A stretch of DNA of 64,000 bases from NCBI GenBank assembly GCA_963817915.1, contig CAWFQL010000018.1:1-64000 (forward strand). Reading direction: 5' to 3'. Position 1 is the first letter of the stretch. The number at the start of each line of letters is the position of its first letter. Of the stretch, positions 10,443 through 20,626 are shown in pieces. Both the position numbers and the translations under genes were made by a program. The stretch comes from an uncultured candidate division Zixibacteria bacterium (GTDB lineage: Bacteria; Zixibacteria; MSB-5A5; UBA10806). The notes beneath the pieces were generated by a model, which had not been told where the DNA came from, searched no databases, and was given only the letters and a program-made list of their open reading frames with translations.

Positions 10443-12179
10443 ATGAAAAAAGGGCTGCTGTTATTTTTCGCGATTGCAGCCCTGATGATTGCGGGGGATG
10501 CATCGGGGCAAGGATTCGGAGCTTTGGGAGTGGTGCCCCAGGCTCGTATGGCTTTAGTATCATTGACTATCGGCTCGCCGCCGCATTTTGTGGCTCCCGG
10601 CGCTGGTGATACGTTAAAAGTCAATTTGGGCTATGGCATTAGGGAAAGTGTCATCGCCACAGATTCCGATAATGACCCGATATCAATTTCAGCTGAGTTC
10701 CCGTTTCCCAATTTCAGTTTACATGCCGATTCTGTCGCTCCCGGCTATTCACGGTATGTTTTCCAATGGACACCTGCACCCGGTGATAGCGGTATATTTG
10801 CGATTACATTCAGTGCCAACGACGGCCACGATAATACCGTCAATCTTCACGCTTACGTTGCTTCCACTCCAACGAGGCTGATTGCCGGTCGGGTCTATGG
10901 CATTCCCGATATGGAAGTCTCTGTCCCGATTAATTTTGTAAATGAAGGTTCATCGTCATATGCCGCTGGATTCACGGTTCTGATTCAGTTTACCGGCGAT
11001 ATAATTCATCTGAGTTCGGTCACTCGCGGCGATAGGGTAAGTCAATGGCAATATTTCAATGTCGAACATCCCGATTCAGGAACTGTCCGAATCGTTGGGC
11101 TGGCGAGAACTTTCGGTTATCGTCCATACATGGCGCCGGGGGATGGCCCGATTGCATGGCTTAATTTCCATGTCGATCCGGATCCGATCTGGATAGGACA
11201 ATATTCAAACGTTGATTTTCTGACGATTGAAGATAACGATAACACATTTTCCGATACGACCGGATATGTCCTTATTCATCCCACCTTAACCAATGGCTGG
11301 ATCTACGATATGAATCCCGCCTTAATCGTTATAGGTGACATCAATTTCAATCAAATACCCTGGGAAATTTCCGACGCCGTGCTGTTTGCCAATCACCTTA
11401 TTGATATAACACATTATCCCTTTAATCTCATGCAACGCCGCGCGTCTGACTGCAATGGCGACGGTTATTATGAGACTATCCCAGACCTGGTCTATCTTAT
11501 CAATGTCATCAATGGCTATATAGTGCCGCGCAAAATATCGTACGGTCTCGAAACAACGGCAATGGTAAACCTTCAGCCGCTAAATGGCCAATCAGAGACT
11601 TACTCCGCGAGATACGAATCGGAAATTCCTTCGGGCGGAATCCTTATACGAATCAATCACGGCCGAAACTCAATCGATTCACCTATTATCTCCAATGATA
11701 TGACGATGCTGTCCAACGATATCGATGGTATCATGTCTGTAATAATTTATGACCTGGGTGGGAAAACCATTTCGCCAAATTCTGAATTATTCCGATTCAG
11801 TTCGGGCGTGCCGATTTCAAATTCCGATGTAACCGAGATTCAAATTTCCGATATTTTTGGCAATTTTATTCCGTTAGGACACAAATCCGAATCAGCAATT
11901 CCAAATTCATTCAATTTGTCCGGCTCCTATCCCAATCCATTTAATTCAACTGCCGCGATCAGATTCTATCTGCCTTCGCACTCTAAAGTCGATCTGGATA
12001 TTTATAATATTACCGGGCAGGTTGTGCGTCATTATCAAGAGGTTCTTCCTGCCGGTGAATCGACCATCTTGTGGGACGGTAATGACTCCAATGGAAACGC
12101 GGCTTCTTCGGGTGTCTATTTCTACAGATTGGATGCGGGTAAGTACTCCGCATCATCTAAAATGACATTGCTTAAATAG
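10443..12179 (+). CDS. secreted modular protein: Ig, cohesin-like, internal dockerin, sorting CTD
   Basis: Paralogous to 8220-10424; GDINFNQ / SDCNGDG; SYPNPFN...MTLLK. Confidence 0.8.
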   Translation: MKKGLLLFFAIAALMIAGDASGQGFGALGVVPQARMALVSLTIGSPPHFVAPGAGDTLKVNLGYGIRESVIATDSDNDPISISAEFPFPNFSLHADSVAPGYSRYVFQWTPAPGDSGIFAITFSANDGHDNTVNLHAYVASTPTRLIAGRVYGIPDMEVSVPINFVNEGSSSYAAGFTVLIQFTGDIIHLSSVTRGDRVSQWQYFNVEHPDSGTVRIVGLARTFGYRPYMAPGDGPIAWLNFHVDPDPIWIGQYSNVDFLTIEDNDNTFSDTTGYVLIHPTLTNGWIYDMNPALIVIGDINFNQIPWEISDAVLFANHLIDITHYPFNLMQRRASDCNGDGYYETIPDLVYLINVINGYIVPRKISYGLETTAMVNLQPLNGQSETYSARYESEIPSGGILIRINHGRNSIDSPIISNDMTMLSNDIDGIMSVIIYDLGGKTISPNSELFRFSSGVPISNSDVTEIQISDIFGNFIPLGHKSESAIPNSFNLSGSYPNPFNSTAAIRFYLPSHSKVDLDIYNITGQVVRHYQEVLPAGESTILWDGNDSNGNAASSGVYFYRLDAGKYSASSKMTLLK

Positions 12180-12370
12180 ACATCGACCAGTATCGAGCAT
12201 CACTGACATCTTAAATAGATTGGCCGGCTCCATTATACTGCTTAAAGCATATCCCGCCATATTTGCTGTTTCAATGTGAATCAAAAAAACGAGTATTATC
12301 CGCAATGACTTCATAATTCATTTCCTGTTCCCGATTTAACTAAAGAAAACAATATCTTATAAGGAGTAAG

Positions 12371-13513
12371 GTGAGCAATATAAAGCTTATCATCTCTATT
12401 TTCATAGCGGCAATTGCGATAATTGGCTGCCAGCGCAAGACGACAAAAGCGCCAGATTATAATGTCGAACTCCGGCTGATTATTCCCAATGATCCGTTAT
12501 CAGCCGATATCGATTCGGCGCGCCTGATTATTTCCGCTATCGATATCACAGTGCCTGAAACATTGCTATTCGATATTAACCCCACGAATCAAAGCGTAAT
12601 CCCTATCTATCTAAATCTTGAAACCGGCTCTTCCAGGGAATTTGACTTTTCATTTATGAATTCTATTGGCCAGAGCTTGTTTCTTTCATCGAATTCGGGG
12701 AATATTATCAATGGAGAGATTCTCTATCTTGATTTTGCATTTATTCAGACAGGCTTCGGTATCGCGTCCCATATTGTTATATTCCGAGATAGTCTGCCAT
12801 GGGATAGCTACGCGATGGATTCAACTTTGATAAGCCTGGGCTTGACATATGGCCACGGAAACCTGCAATATCTGATATACACCTCAAATGAAATGGATAC
12901 CGTCACGCTCAATTCTGTTTCTGACATGGTAATTATCAGCAATGATCAACCGCAGGAATTTTATGATAACTATGCGCGCAATCAAACCAAGTTCAATAAT
13001 TTTCTCGAAAATGGCGGCTCGATTTTCTGGGAGGCATGCGATATGGGATGGAATTATGGAAGCATCGCTTCATCTAATATCACACTCCCGGGGAGGGTTC
13101 AGATAAATTATTCTTTGGACAATATCAATTTAAAATCCTCAATTCAATATGGCTTGCTATCCGGTTTACCGGACTCCTTAAATGGGAATTACGCCAGCGT
13201 GGAATCATTCGCGAATCTTCCTTCTGGCGCAATCATATATATGGTTAATTCTCAAGGTCATCCGACTCTGGCGGGTTTCGAATCCGGGCAGGGATGGGCT
13301 ATTATTTCCGGCCAGCCGCTGGAATATAATTATGACCGCAGAGAATTATACAATATGGGTGTAATGCTGCCGCGCGTCATCCGCTATTTTTTGGGAATGG
13401 ATGCCGGAGGTATTTTTCTCCACTTTCCTGGTAGAGGGGCAAATATGACCATGCCTGACGAGAGGCAACGCTTCTCAAATGACATGGCTTGTGAGGGGAT
13501 GCCCCGCCAGTAA
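12371..13513 (+). CDS. putative lipoprotein
   Basis: AAGGAG RBS, GTG start, hydrophobic signal ending IIGC (lipobox-like). Confidence 0.7.
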   Translation: MSNIKLIISIFIAAIAIIGCQRKTTKAPDYNVELRLIIPNDPLSADIDSARLIISAIDITVPETLLFDINPTNQSVIPIYLNLETGSSREFDFSFMNSIGQSLFLSSNSGNIINGEILYLDFAFIQTGFGIASHIVIFRDSLPWDSYAMDSTLISLGLTYGHGNLQYLIYTSNEMDTVTLNSVSDMVIISNDQPQEFYDNYARNQTKFNNFLENGGSIFWEACDMGWNYGSIASSNITLPGRVQINYSLDNINLKSSIQYGLLSGLPDSLNGNYASVESFANLPSGAIIYMVNSQGHPTLAGFESGQGWAIISGQPLEYNYDRRELYNMGVMLPRVIRYFLGMDAGGIFLHFPGRGANMTMPDERQRFSNDMACEGMPRQ

Positions 13514-13706
13514 CCATATATTTTCGGTCCGGATGGCGGCGACATGGATGTCCTGTCGGAAGGAAAATACCGGCCTTGATAATAATATATCAGGGCCGGT
13601 AATATTTTTGTTATGATTTGAAATAATGGCTATAGCCAGGCAAAAAGCTTTTACATTATAACTCCGACAAAAATTCAAATATATTATATTTTGCCAGTTA
13701 TTTTGC

Positions 13707-13734
13707 TTGACATCCATTCCTTAACGGTTATTTT
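13707..13734 (+). promoter_or_regulatory. sigma70-type promoter candidate
   Basis: TTGACA-16-TATTTT upstream of the 13945 gene. Confidence 0.4.
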
Positions 13735-13944
13735 ATATCAGTTCATAACAAGGATATTTTGATGAATGCCCGTACAGGGTCATTAAAATTTAATAGCCTC
13801 GCTACGATAGACCATTCTCTCCGTAATTGCATTTTGCGGGGGGGGGGGGCGGAGTCCGCCATCCATGATTCGGGGACTGAATTTCCTGTCCGAACGTTGC
13901 GCGTACCGACAGAGAATTCAATCACAATCTAAAGGAGGATTCCA

Positions 13945-14379
13945 ATGAGGAAGATACCCCTCATTCTGATAGCCATATTTCTGCTCATCATGAGCGGCAA
14001 TATTAGTGCCTTTGCTCAATGCAAGGGTGGAGTTACCATTTCGGCCAATTCAGATTATGACCTCGATGTCACTTCAGGCCCTTATGACCCTTGCTATAAT
14101 TATGTCAGTTGGGCGATTTCATTTCATAGAACCACTAATACTATGGGCACTGAGACTCTTCAATTTCGAATTGCCGGCACTTCAATGAATCAATATGTAA
14201 GCTCATTGGATTTTCATGAAGGAGGCGATTATTATCTTCATAATACTCAATATGTCGGCCCCAGCACCAGTCATGAGATGATTATTCATGCTGCCGGCAG
14301 TTCAAGAGGTTTTTTCACCAATATAGTCTTCAGCACAGTGTATTCAAATGGATCCCCTACGGGACCCCAGGGAGAATAA
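13945..14379 (+). CDS. small secreted hypothetical protein
   Basis: AAGGAGG RBS; signal peptide ending AFA. Confidence 0.75.
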   Translation: MRKIPLILIAIFLLIMSGNISAFAQCKGGVTISANSDYDLDVTSGPYDPCYNYVSWAISFHRTTNTMGTETLQFRIAGTSMNQYVSSLDFHEGGDYYLHNTQYVGPSTSHEMIIHAAGSSRGFFTNIVFSTVYSNGSPTGPQGE

Positions 14380-14388
14380 GAGCAATTA

Positions 14389-14414
14389 TGCCCCCCGAAT
14401 TTATTCGGGGGGCA
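14389..14414. other. intergenic stem-loop
   Basis: TGCCCCCCGAAT-tt-ATTCGGGGGGCA perfect inverted repeat. Confidence 0.6.
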
Positions 14415-14431
14415 GCAAAAAAGGATTTGAA

Positions 14432-16756
14432 ATGAAATTAATAAATAGATTAGTAACGATGGCGCTCTTATTCTTTGGGTTTCATTCGTTTCTCAATAAT
14501 TTATTGCTCGCCGGTGAGAATCAGTGGTCCACAAATGGTCCCAATGGTGGTAATACTAAATGCATTACTATTAATCCGCTTAATCATAATAACATATTCA
14601 TTGGCACAATTGCAGGAGGAATGTTTGAGACAACTGACGCTGGACTTAATTGGCGCCATATAGAGTCCCAGGTAGTTGAACCGACAATGCGTGTGATAGC
14701 TATGAATCCGTGGCATCCTGATTCTATTTATGCGGCTACAGCAAAGGGGTTATTTTTAAGTTCCGATGGTGGGAATAGCTGGAATTCTATCGGGCCTCTT
14801 TATCATGAGAGCGACGAATACTGGACAGTCGTAATAAATCCGCATTTAACTAATATTATTCTTATATCGGGTCCATTTATCGCGTATATATCGACCAATT
14901 GCGGGCTTGATTGGATTGAGATGACCATTCCGGGAGAACGTAGTTTTGATGATATTTCGGTGGACCCCCAAAACGCTAATATTGCTTATGCTTCCGCTCA
15001 ATCCAACGAATTTGGCAAAGGTGTTTATAAAAGCTCGGATTTCGGGGCGACGTGGTTCAATATTCAGCATAATATGGACAGTACCGGCTATGGGACCAGT
15101 ATTTCAGTCGATCCCGTCAATTCGAATATTGTATATTATATCAAAGCCGATCCTTTCAGAACGTCGGGCGGGAAATTCGTTTGGAAATCGATAGATGCCG
15201 GTGAAAATTGGCTCGAAATCAGCCCGGAAGGAACGGTTGAATGGTCGGCCCGACATATTCGAATCAGCCCATTTGATCATAATACTATTTATCTCTGTTC
15301 CTGGACAGATGGAGTTTTTAAGAGCACCGATGGCGGACGATCCTGGGTAAGAAAAAACAACGGATTGATTGATTGGACTATAAGAGATATGGCCATTGAT
15401 CCGATTGATGGTTCCCTTTACATAGGAACAGTGGCAGAAGGTGTTTACAAATCGATCGATGAAGGCGAAAGCTGGCAAAAAATAAGCGAAAATATAAATT
15501 TAATGGAATGCCATGATCTGGCATTCGTGCCGCCCGAGAATAATCAAATTATTGTTGGCGCCGGGAGGCAACCTTATAGGGCGAATTTAGCTGATATGTC
15601 GTGGGGAATCTGGGACGTTGGCATTTCGCCATATCAGATTCCTGTCTTTTTAAAAATAGATAAATTCAATCCAACTGATTACTATCTTTTCACTATCGAT
15701 TATTTTTGGGATCCTTACGACGGCTATCCCGGATTTTTCTTCTCCACGAACAGCGGCTCCACCTGGGAACAAAGAAATAACGGCCTTCCAGAACGGCCTT
15801 ACTTCGTAGGGATAAAAATTGCCTACCCCAATCAGAATGACAGATTGATTTTCATGGCATCTTACGGGTTATATAGAACCAGGGACCAGGGGCTTAGTTG
15901 GTCCTTATGCGACAATGGTATTCCATCTGCTCGGGCGTATTGGTCTATAGGCGTCTGTCCAACCAACCAAAACCTGGTAGCGGTTGGAGACGGAAATAAT
16001 AATTTATATCTATCAACCAATGGCGGCGATAGCTGGAATTTGACAGCGGCAAATGTTCCGTCTCGGCCATATTCGTTCATCTATGAAATCCTATTCCATC
16101 CCACTGACGAAAATCATATATATGTTTCCGGCCTTTTCTCCGGGCTCTTTGAGACCACCGACGGCGGCCACAGTTGGAATAATCTCACTACCATGCCGGT
16201 TGATTCCAGCTTCCTTCAACTGACTGGCATAACCATCAATCCCCAAAATTACTCCAATATGTTCATCGCCTCCAATCATTGCGGTGTCTATCAATCTCAT
16301 GATGCCGGCCATAACTGGGAGCCATTCAATACCGGTCTCGATACCACCGACGGCTCAGGCAATTTATATTTCGCCCCCAATGATACCAATACCCTGTATT
16401 TCGCCACCGGGATGCGGTCTGTATGGTCTATCACTCGCACTACTACCGGTATTCCGGCTGACGTCACTCCTCCGCGATCATTCGACCTCGCCTTGTCCAA
16501 TTATCCCAACCCATTTAATTCAAAAACTATGATCAATTACAGTCTGCCGTTGCCGGGTTCAATAAAGATAGAAATCTATAATATTTCCGGCCAACTCGTA
16601 AAAAAATATGATTTCGCCGACCGCCCGGCCGGTCATGGCTATATTGTCTGGGATGCTACCAATGACGCCGGCAAGGATGTCGGCTCAGGCGTTTATTTTG
16701 CCAGATTAACAACCAACATGAATTCGATTTCGAGGAATATTGTATTGATGAAATGA
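14432..16756 (+). CDS. BNR/Asp-box (VPS10-like) beta-propeller protein with sorting CTD
   Basis: Many S/T-x-D-G-G-x-x-W repeats; signal peptide from ATG 14432; NYPNPFN...IVLMK. Confidence 0.85.
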   Translation: MKLINRLVTMALLFFGFHSFLNNLLLAGENQWSTNGPNGGNTKCITINPLNHNNIFIGTIAGGMFETTDAGLNWRHIESQVVEPTMRVIAMNPWHPDSIYAATAKGLFLSSDGGNSWNSIGPLYHESDEYWTVVINPHLTNIILISGPFIAYISTNCGLDWIEMTIPGERSFDDISVDPQNANIAYASAQSNEFGKGVYKSSDFGATWFNIQHNMDSTGYGTSISVDPVNSNIVYYIKADPFRTSGGKFVWKSIDAGENWLEISPEGTVEWSARHIRISPFDHNTIYLCSWTDGVFKSTDGGRSWVRKNNGLIDWTIRDMAIDPIDGSLYIGTVAEGVYKSIDEGESWQKISENINLMECHDLAFVPPENNQIIVGAGRQPYRANLADMSWGIWDVGISPYQIPVFLKIDKFNPTDYYLFTIDYFWDPYDGYPGFFFSTNSGSTWEQRNNGLPERPYFVGIKIAYPNQNDRLIFMASYGLYRTRDQGLSWSLCDNGIPSARAYWSIGVCPTNQNLVAVGDGNNNLYLSTNGGDSWNLTAANVPSRPYSFIYEILFHPTDENHIYVSGLFSGLFETTDGGHSWNNLTTMPVDSSFLQLTGITINPQNYSNMFIASNHCGVYQSHDAGHNWEPFNTGLDTTDGSGNLYFAPNDTNTLYFATGMRSVWSITRTTTGIPADVTPPRSFDLALSNYPNPFNSKTMINYSLPLPGSIKIEIYNISGQLVKKYDFADRPAGHGYIVWDATNDAGKDVGSGVYFARLTTNMNSISRNIVLMK

Positions 16757-16772
16757 ATATTAAAACAATTTT

Positions 16773-18038
16773 TTAGCTCGATACAATCTGGCTCTTGTCT
16801 TTTCGCTCCCAGATACTCATAGCCAGCCCGCCCAGGCCTATCATTATTACCAATAAGGCTATTAGGTATCCCAGATACGGTAAAAACATCAATCCTATGA
16901 CCACAAACATGCCGATCGTATAGCAAAGATTGCCAGGCGTATACGAGGAATTGGGACTAAAAATAGAGCATATCTTCCTGCCAATGAAAATACAGGCATA
17001 GATCAATCCGGCAAACGACGCTACGCCAAAAAGCATTATTAGCATAATGCCCAACGGCGCGCCGATAAATGTGAATAGAAGAACGGTAGATATCATCGGA
17101 GCCAGCAGCATAATTACAAATCCAAGTCCAAGGCTCGGAAATGGTCTTTTTACGATGGAGTTTTCTGCATCAGTAGCGATTTTTCTCCCCAAAATTATCA
17201 ATATATTTCCAGATACTGCCAGCATTATCCACATGAATATCAACGACAGCACGGGGGGGAAAGGTATCGTGGCAAATACTAGCACTATTGTCGAAATCAA
17301 GATGTTGAAAAGAAGGTATCCTTTTAATGATACCAGCCATTTGACAACCTGCCCAAATCCGCCAAAGATTCCCTCGCCATCCTTATGATGTTTTTGATAT
17401 GCCTCTTCGGCCTCGGCCTTTTCCCAATTGATATCACCTTTAATAACCGCGCCCGGCGAAATTATTACCTGGTTTATCGATCTATTTGTAATATTGCCCA
17501 ATATGAGCGAAGAAGGATTTATTGTCAGTGTATCTCCATCAAACTGCAAATCCCCCATAATAGTACCTGATATGATTGCGGTCCGCGCGTGAATCTTGGT
17601 TGTTCCGTGGATTACACCCTGGAAGAGAAATTCATCGCAGGAAATATCGGCATTCTGGCCAATCTCACATCGCGGCCCCACTGTCAATGATCGGCAAAAC
17701 ACCAAAAGATTACGTCCGATGGGCGCATTCGATGTGATCGTATAGGCAAATCCTCTAAAACTGCCTCCGATCGCCCCGAGATTTTGTATCGAATATGCCC
17801 AGCCATTGAAGCTTTGCTCTATCGAATCTGTTTGAACAATCTCATAGCAAAACGCGAACAGATCGCCTCTGACCTTGCTGTCGAACTTGATATTGCTTCC
17901 CGAAAGGAAGAGATCATCATTATATACAGTATCTGCCTGGAAATCGGCGCTCTTGGGTGATAACCATTTTGATGCATTCGCTGACACTGCCATCAGCATC
18001 AGCCCTATTAATATTTTTGTAAAGATTGTCTTATTCAT
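16773..18038 (-). CDS. membrane protein with N-terminal bactofilin-like beta-helix repeats
   Basis: Signal peptide, I/V-x-G-D/N repeats, several C-terminal TM helices. Confidence 0.7.
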   Translation of the reverse strand: MNKTIFTKILIGLMLMAVSANASKWLSPKSADFQADTVYNDDLFLSGSNIKFDSKVRGDLFAFCYEIVQTDSIEQSFNGWAYSIQNLGAIGGSFRGFAYTITSNAPIGRNLLVFCRSLTVGPRCEIGQNADISCDEFLFQGVIHGTTKIHARTAIISGTIMGDLQFDGDTLTINPSSLILGNITNRSINQVIISPGAVIKGDINWEKAEAEEAYQKHHKDGEGIFGGFGQVVKWLVSLKGYLLFNILISTIVLVFATIPFPPVLSLIFMWIMLAVSGNILIILGRKIATDAENSIVKRPFPSLGLGFVIMLLAPMISTVLLFTFIGAPLGIMLIMLFGVASFAGLIYACIFIGRKICSIFSPNSSYTPGNLCYTIGMFVVIGLMFLPYLGYLIALLVIMIGLGGLAMSIWERKDKSQIVSS

Positions 18039-18152
18039 TATTTCTCCGCCTGATTAGTCTACGAATCCATTTGTTTATTTTGTTACCGCAATTATTATGG
18101 AACGTCAAGAGAATTCTTGCCTTAATCGATTCCCTTTAGTATCATATACTTA

Positions 18153-18695
18153 ATGGCGCCAAATCCGCAAAGACACCTTAAAAATAGTGTAGAATCTTAT
18201 TCCAATGCGATCATTCTAATTCGTTGGATTATGGTCGCCGCTGAGATGATTTTAGCGACGAAAATTGTCATATCCTTCCAATTTTATATTGGCTTATTGT
18301 TTATCTCTTATGGAGTTATCTCCATCTTTCTTCTCCTTCCGGTAATCAGATGCGTTAGATGCTATTATTACGGCAAACGATGCAATTTCGGATGGGGCAC
18401 TTGGGTTTCCAAGGTTTATTCCAAAGCCGAAAATAGCCCATATCCTTCGGCTTATGGCTATTCATTCCTCTTTTGGCCAATTAGGCTTCTGCCAATATTC
18501 ATAGGCCTCACAAGTATTCCAACAATGATCATCGAAGGCTTTGATTTTTCCAGCGATGGATTTTTCGCGATCTATCTCCTGATTATTATTCTCCATCGTA
18601 TTTTCTACCGTAGCCAGGCCTGTACTCGATGCTTACAGAGACCAACTTGTCCGGTTTATAAATTAGAGGCCATGACCGGGAAAATTTCGGAATAG
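18153..18695 (+). CDS. hypothetical membrane protein with Cys clusters
   Basis: About 4 TM segments; CVRCYYYGKRC and CTRC..RPTCP. Confidence 0.65.
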   Translation: MAPNPQRHLKNSVESYSNAIILIRWIMVAAEMILATKIVISFQFYIGLLFISYGVISIFLLLPVIRCVRCYYYGKRCNFGWGTWVSKVYSKAENSPYPSAYGYSFLFWPIRLLPIFIGLTSIPTMIIEGFDFSSDGFFAIYLLIIILHRIFYRSQACTRCLQRPTCPVYKLEAMTGKISE

Positions 18696-18911
18696 ATTCC
18701 ACAAATTCAATAGAATTCAATAAAATTTATAGTTATTAGGCCTTACCGATTCGGGCATACTAATGTTTTATGCCTTTTTGCGTCAAGGCATTGCCCAATC
18801 AGCCGATAACATTCGTAGTGGGGCAAGTATTTTCAGGCCATGGATTAGCGCATGGGAATCGTGGTCAAATGATATTCTAAATATTGTCGGCGATAATCTC
18901 AGAGGGCAACT

Positions 18912-20622
18912 ATGTCAGGTAAGACAATTTCGGGAAAATCTCGGTATGATGAATCCGAGAAATTGAATTTAGCATCAGAACTTAAAAAATTCTCCACGTC
19001 ATCGAATATTCCTCAATCAGAAAATCCCAAGAATCAACCCCATGCCTTGGGAAGCGAGGATTTGCAGGCACTTTACGAGGTTTCTCGCGCCGTAAATTCT
19101 ACTCTAATTCTCGATGAAATTCTCAATATCGTCATGAAAAAATCCATCGAGCTGCTCAAGGCGGAACGAGGCTTCCTGATGCTGCTTGATTCTAACGGCA
19201 AACTCCAATTTAAAACCGCCCATAATATCAAAAAGCAGGAAATCGACAAAAAAGACCTTCAGATATCGACCACCATCGCCGAGGGAGTGGTAAAAAGCGG
19301 CAAATCGCTCTATACCTCCGATGCTCTCAGCGACCAGCGATTTTTCCAGAAGAAATCAATCCTCGAAATGAATATCCGTTCGGCAATGTGTGTTCCGCTT
19401 AAAATAAAGAATCAAATCATCGGCGTCGTCTATCTGGATAATTCATCCAAGGCCAATATCTTCCTGCAGTCCGATCTCCACTTATTCGAAATGTTTGCCG
19501 ATCAGGCCGCCCTTGCAATCCAAAATGCCCAATTATATACCGAGCTCTATGCTCTTCAAAGATTCCAGGAAGCTATTTTAGATAAGACTCCGGTCGGCAT
19601 AATTGTAATCGAGGATAATGGCGAGATAATATCCTTCAATAACGCGGCATTCGAATTATTCAAGAAGACCAAAATTCTTAACGGTGCCAAAAGCGATTCC
19701 GCGCTTGGCAGAAATTTGATTGAGCTACTGCCAAAAACCGAACAAAATTTCTGGCGCGAAAATATAGCCAATTCAAAACTGAATTCCGTCGAAATCGGTT
19801 CGAGACGTTTTAAAGTGGGCGAGGACGATATCGTTTTAAGACTACATTTTTCTCTGTTCGATCATCACGACGACAAAAAGGCGGGCAGGATAATCGTGGT
19901 GGAAGATATTACTGAACGAGTCATTATAGAACAGCATTTGGTTCTTTCCGAAAAGCTAATTGCGCGGGGTGAAATGGCTGCCGCTATTGGGCATGAACTT
20001 AATAACTATCTCGCGACCATATCTTCCAACGCGCAGTTGCTTGCCATCAATGTCACCAATCATCAGTATGATAAAATTGACCAGAAAGTCGAAAACATCG
20101 TTAGTCATGTAGATAAAATGAAAAGATTCACGTCGGGTCTTATGGATTTTTCCAGCCTCGATACGAAGAAAGCCCCGGGCGATATCATTTCCCTGATCGA
20201 TGAAGTAATATTTTTCGCGAAGCCACAGCAAAAATTCCGAGGAATCAAAATCGAAACTCGATATTCAACTGATAATGCCACAATCGATATGGATAGCGGC
20301 CAAATCCATCAGGTTTTGCTCAATCTTCTTATGAACTCCGCCGACGCTATCAATGAGAAAAAAATCGAAAATGGTTTTATCAAGATAGAGACTAAGTCCG
20401 ATGACAAGAAATTTCATCATCGAGATTAGCGATAATGGCCCCGGAATCCCTAAAGAAATTCTGCAAAAAATATTTGAACCTCATGTAACTTCAAAAAATA
20501 CCGGCCATGGTCTTGGCCTTTCAATAAGCCATAGGATAATGTTGAGCCACACGGGAAAATTAAAGGCTGGCAATAATCCCAATGGCGGAGCGATATTCAC
20601 AATAGAATTACCGTTGAGGTAG
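18912..20622 (+). CDS. GAF-PAS sensor histidine kinase (frameshift at ~20410)
   Basis: GAF (RSAMCVPL), H-box GHELNN, N-box NLLMNS; DNGPG and GHGLGL boxes lie in the adjacent frame (20401-20622). Confidence 0.85.
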
Positions 20623-20626
20623 CCCC

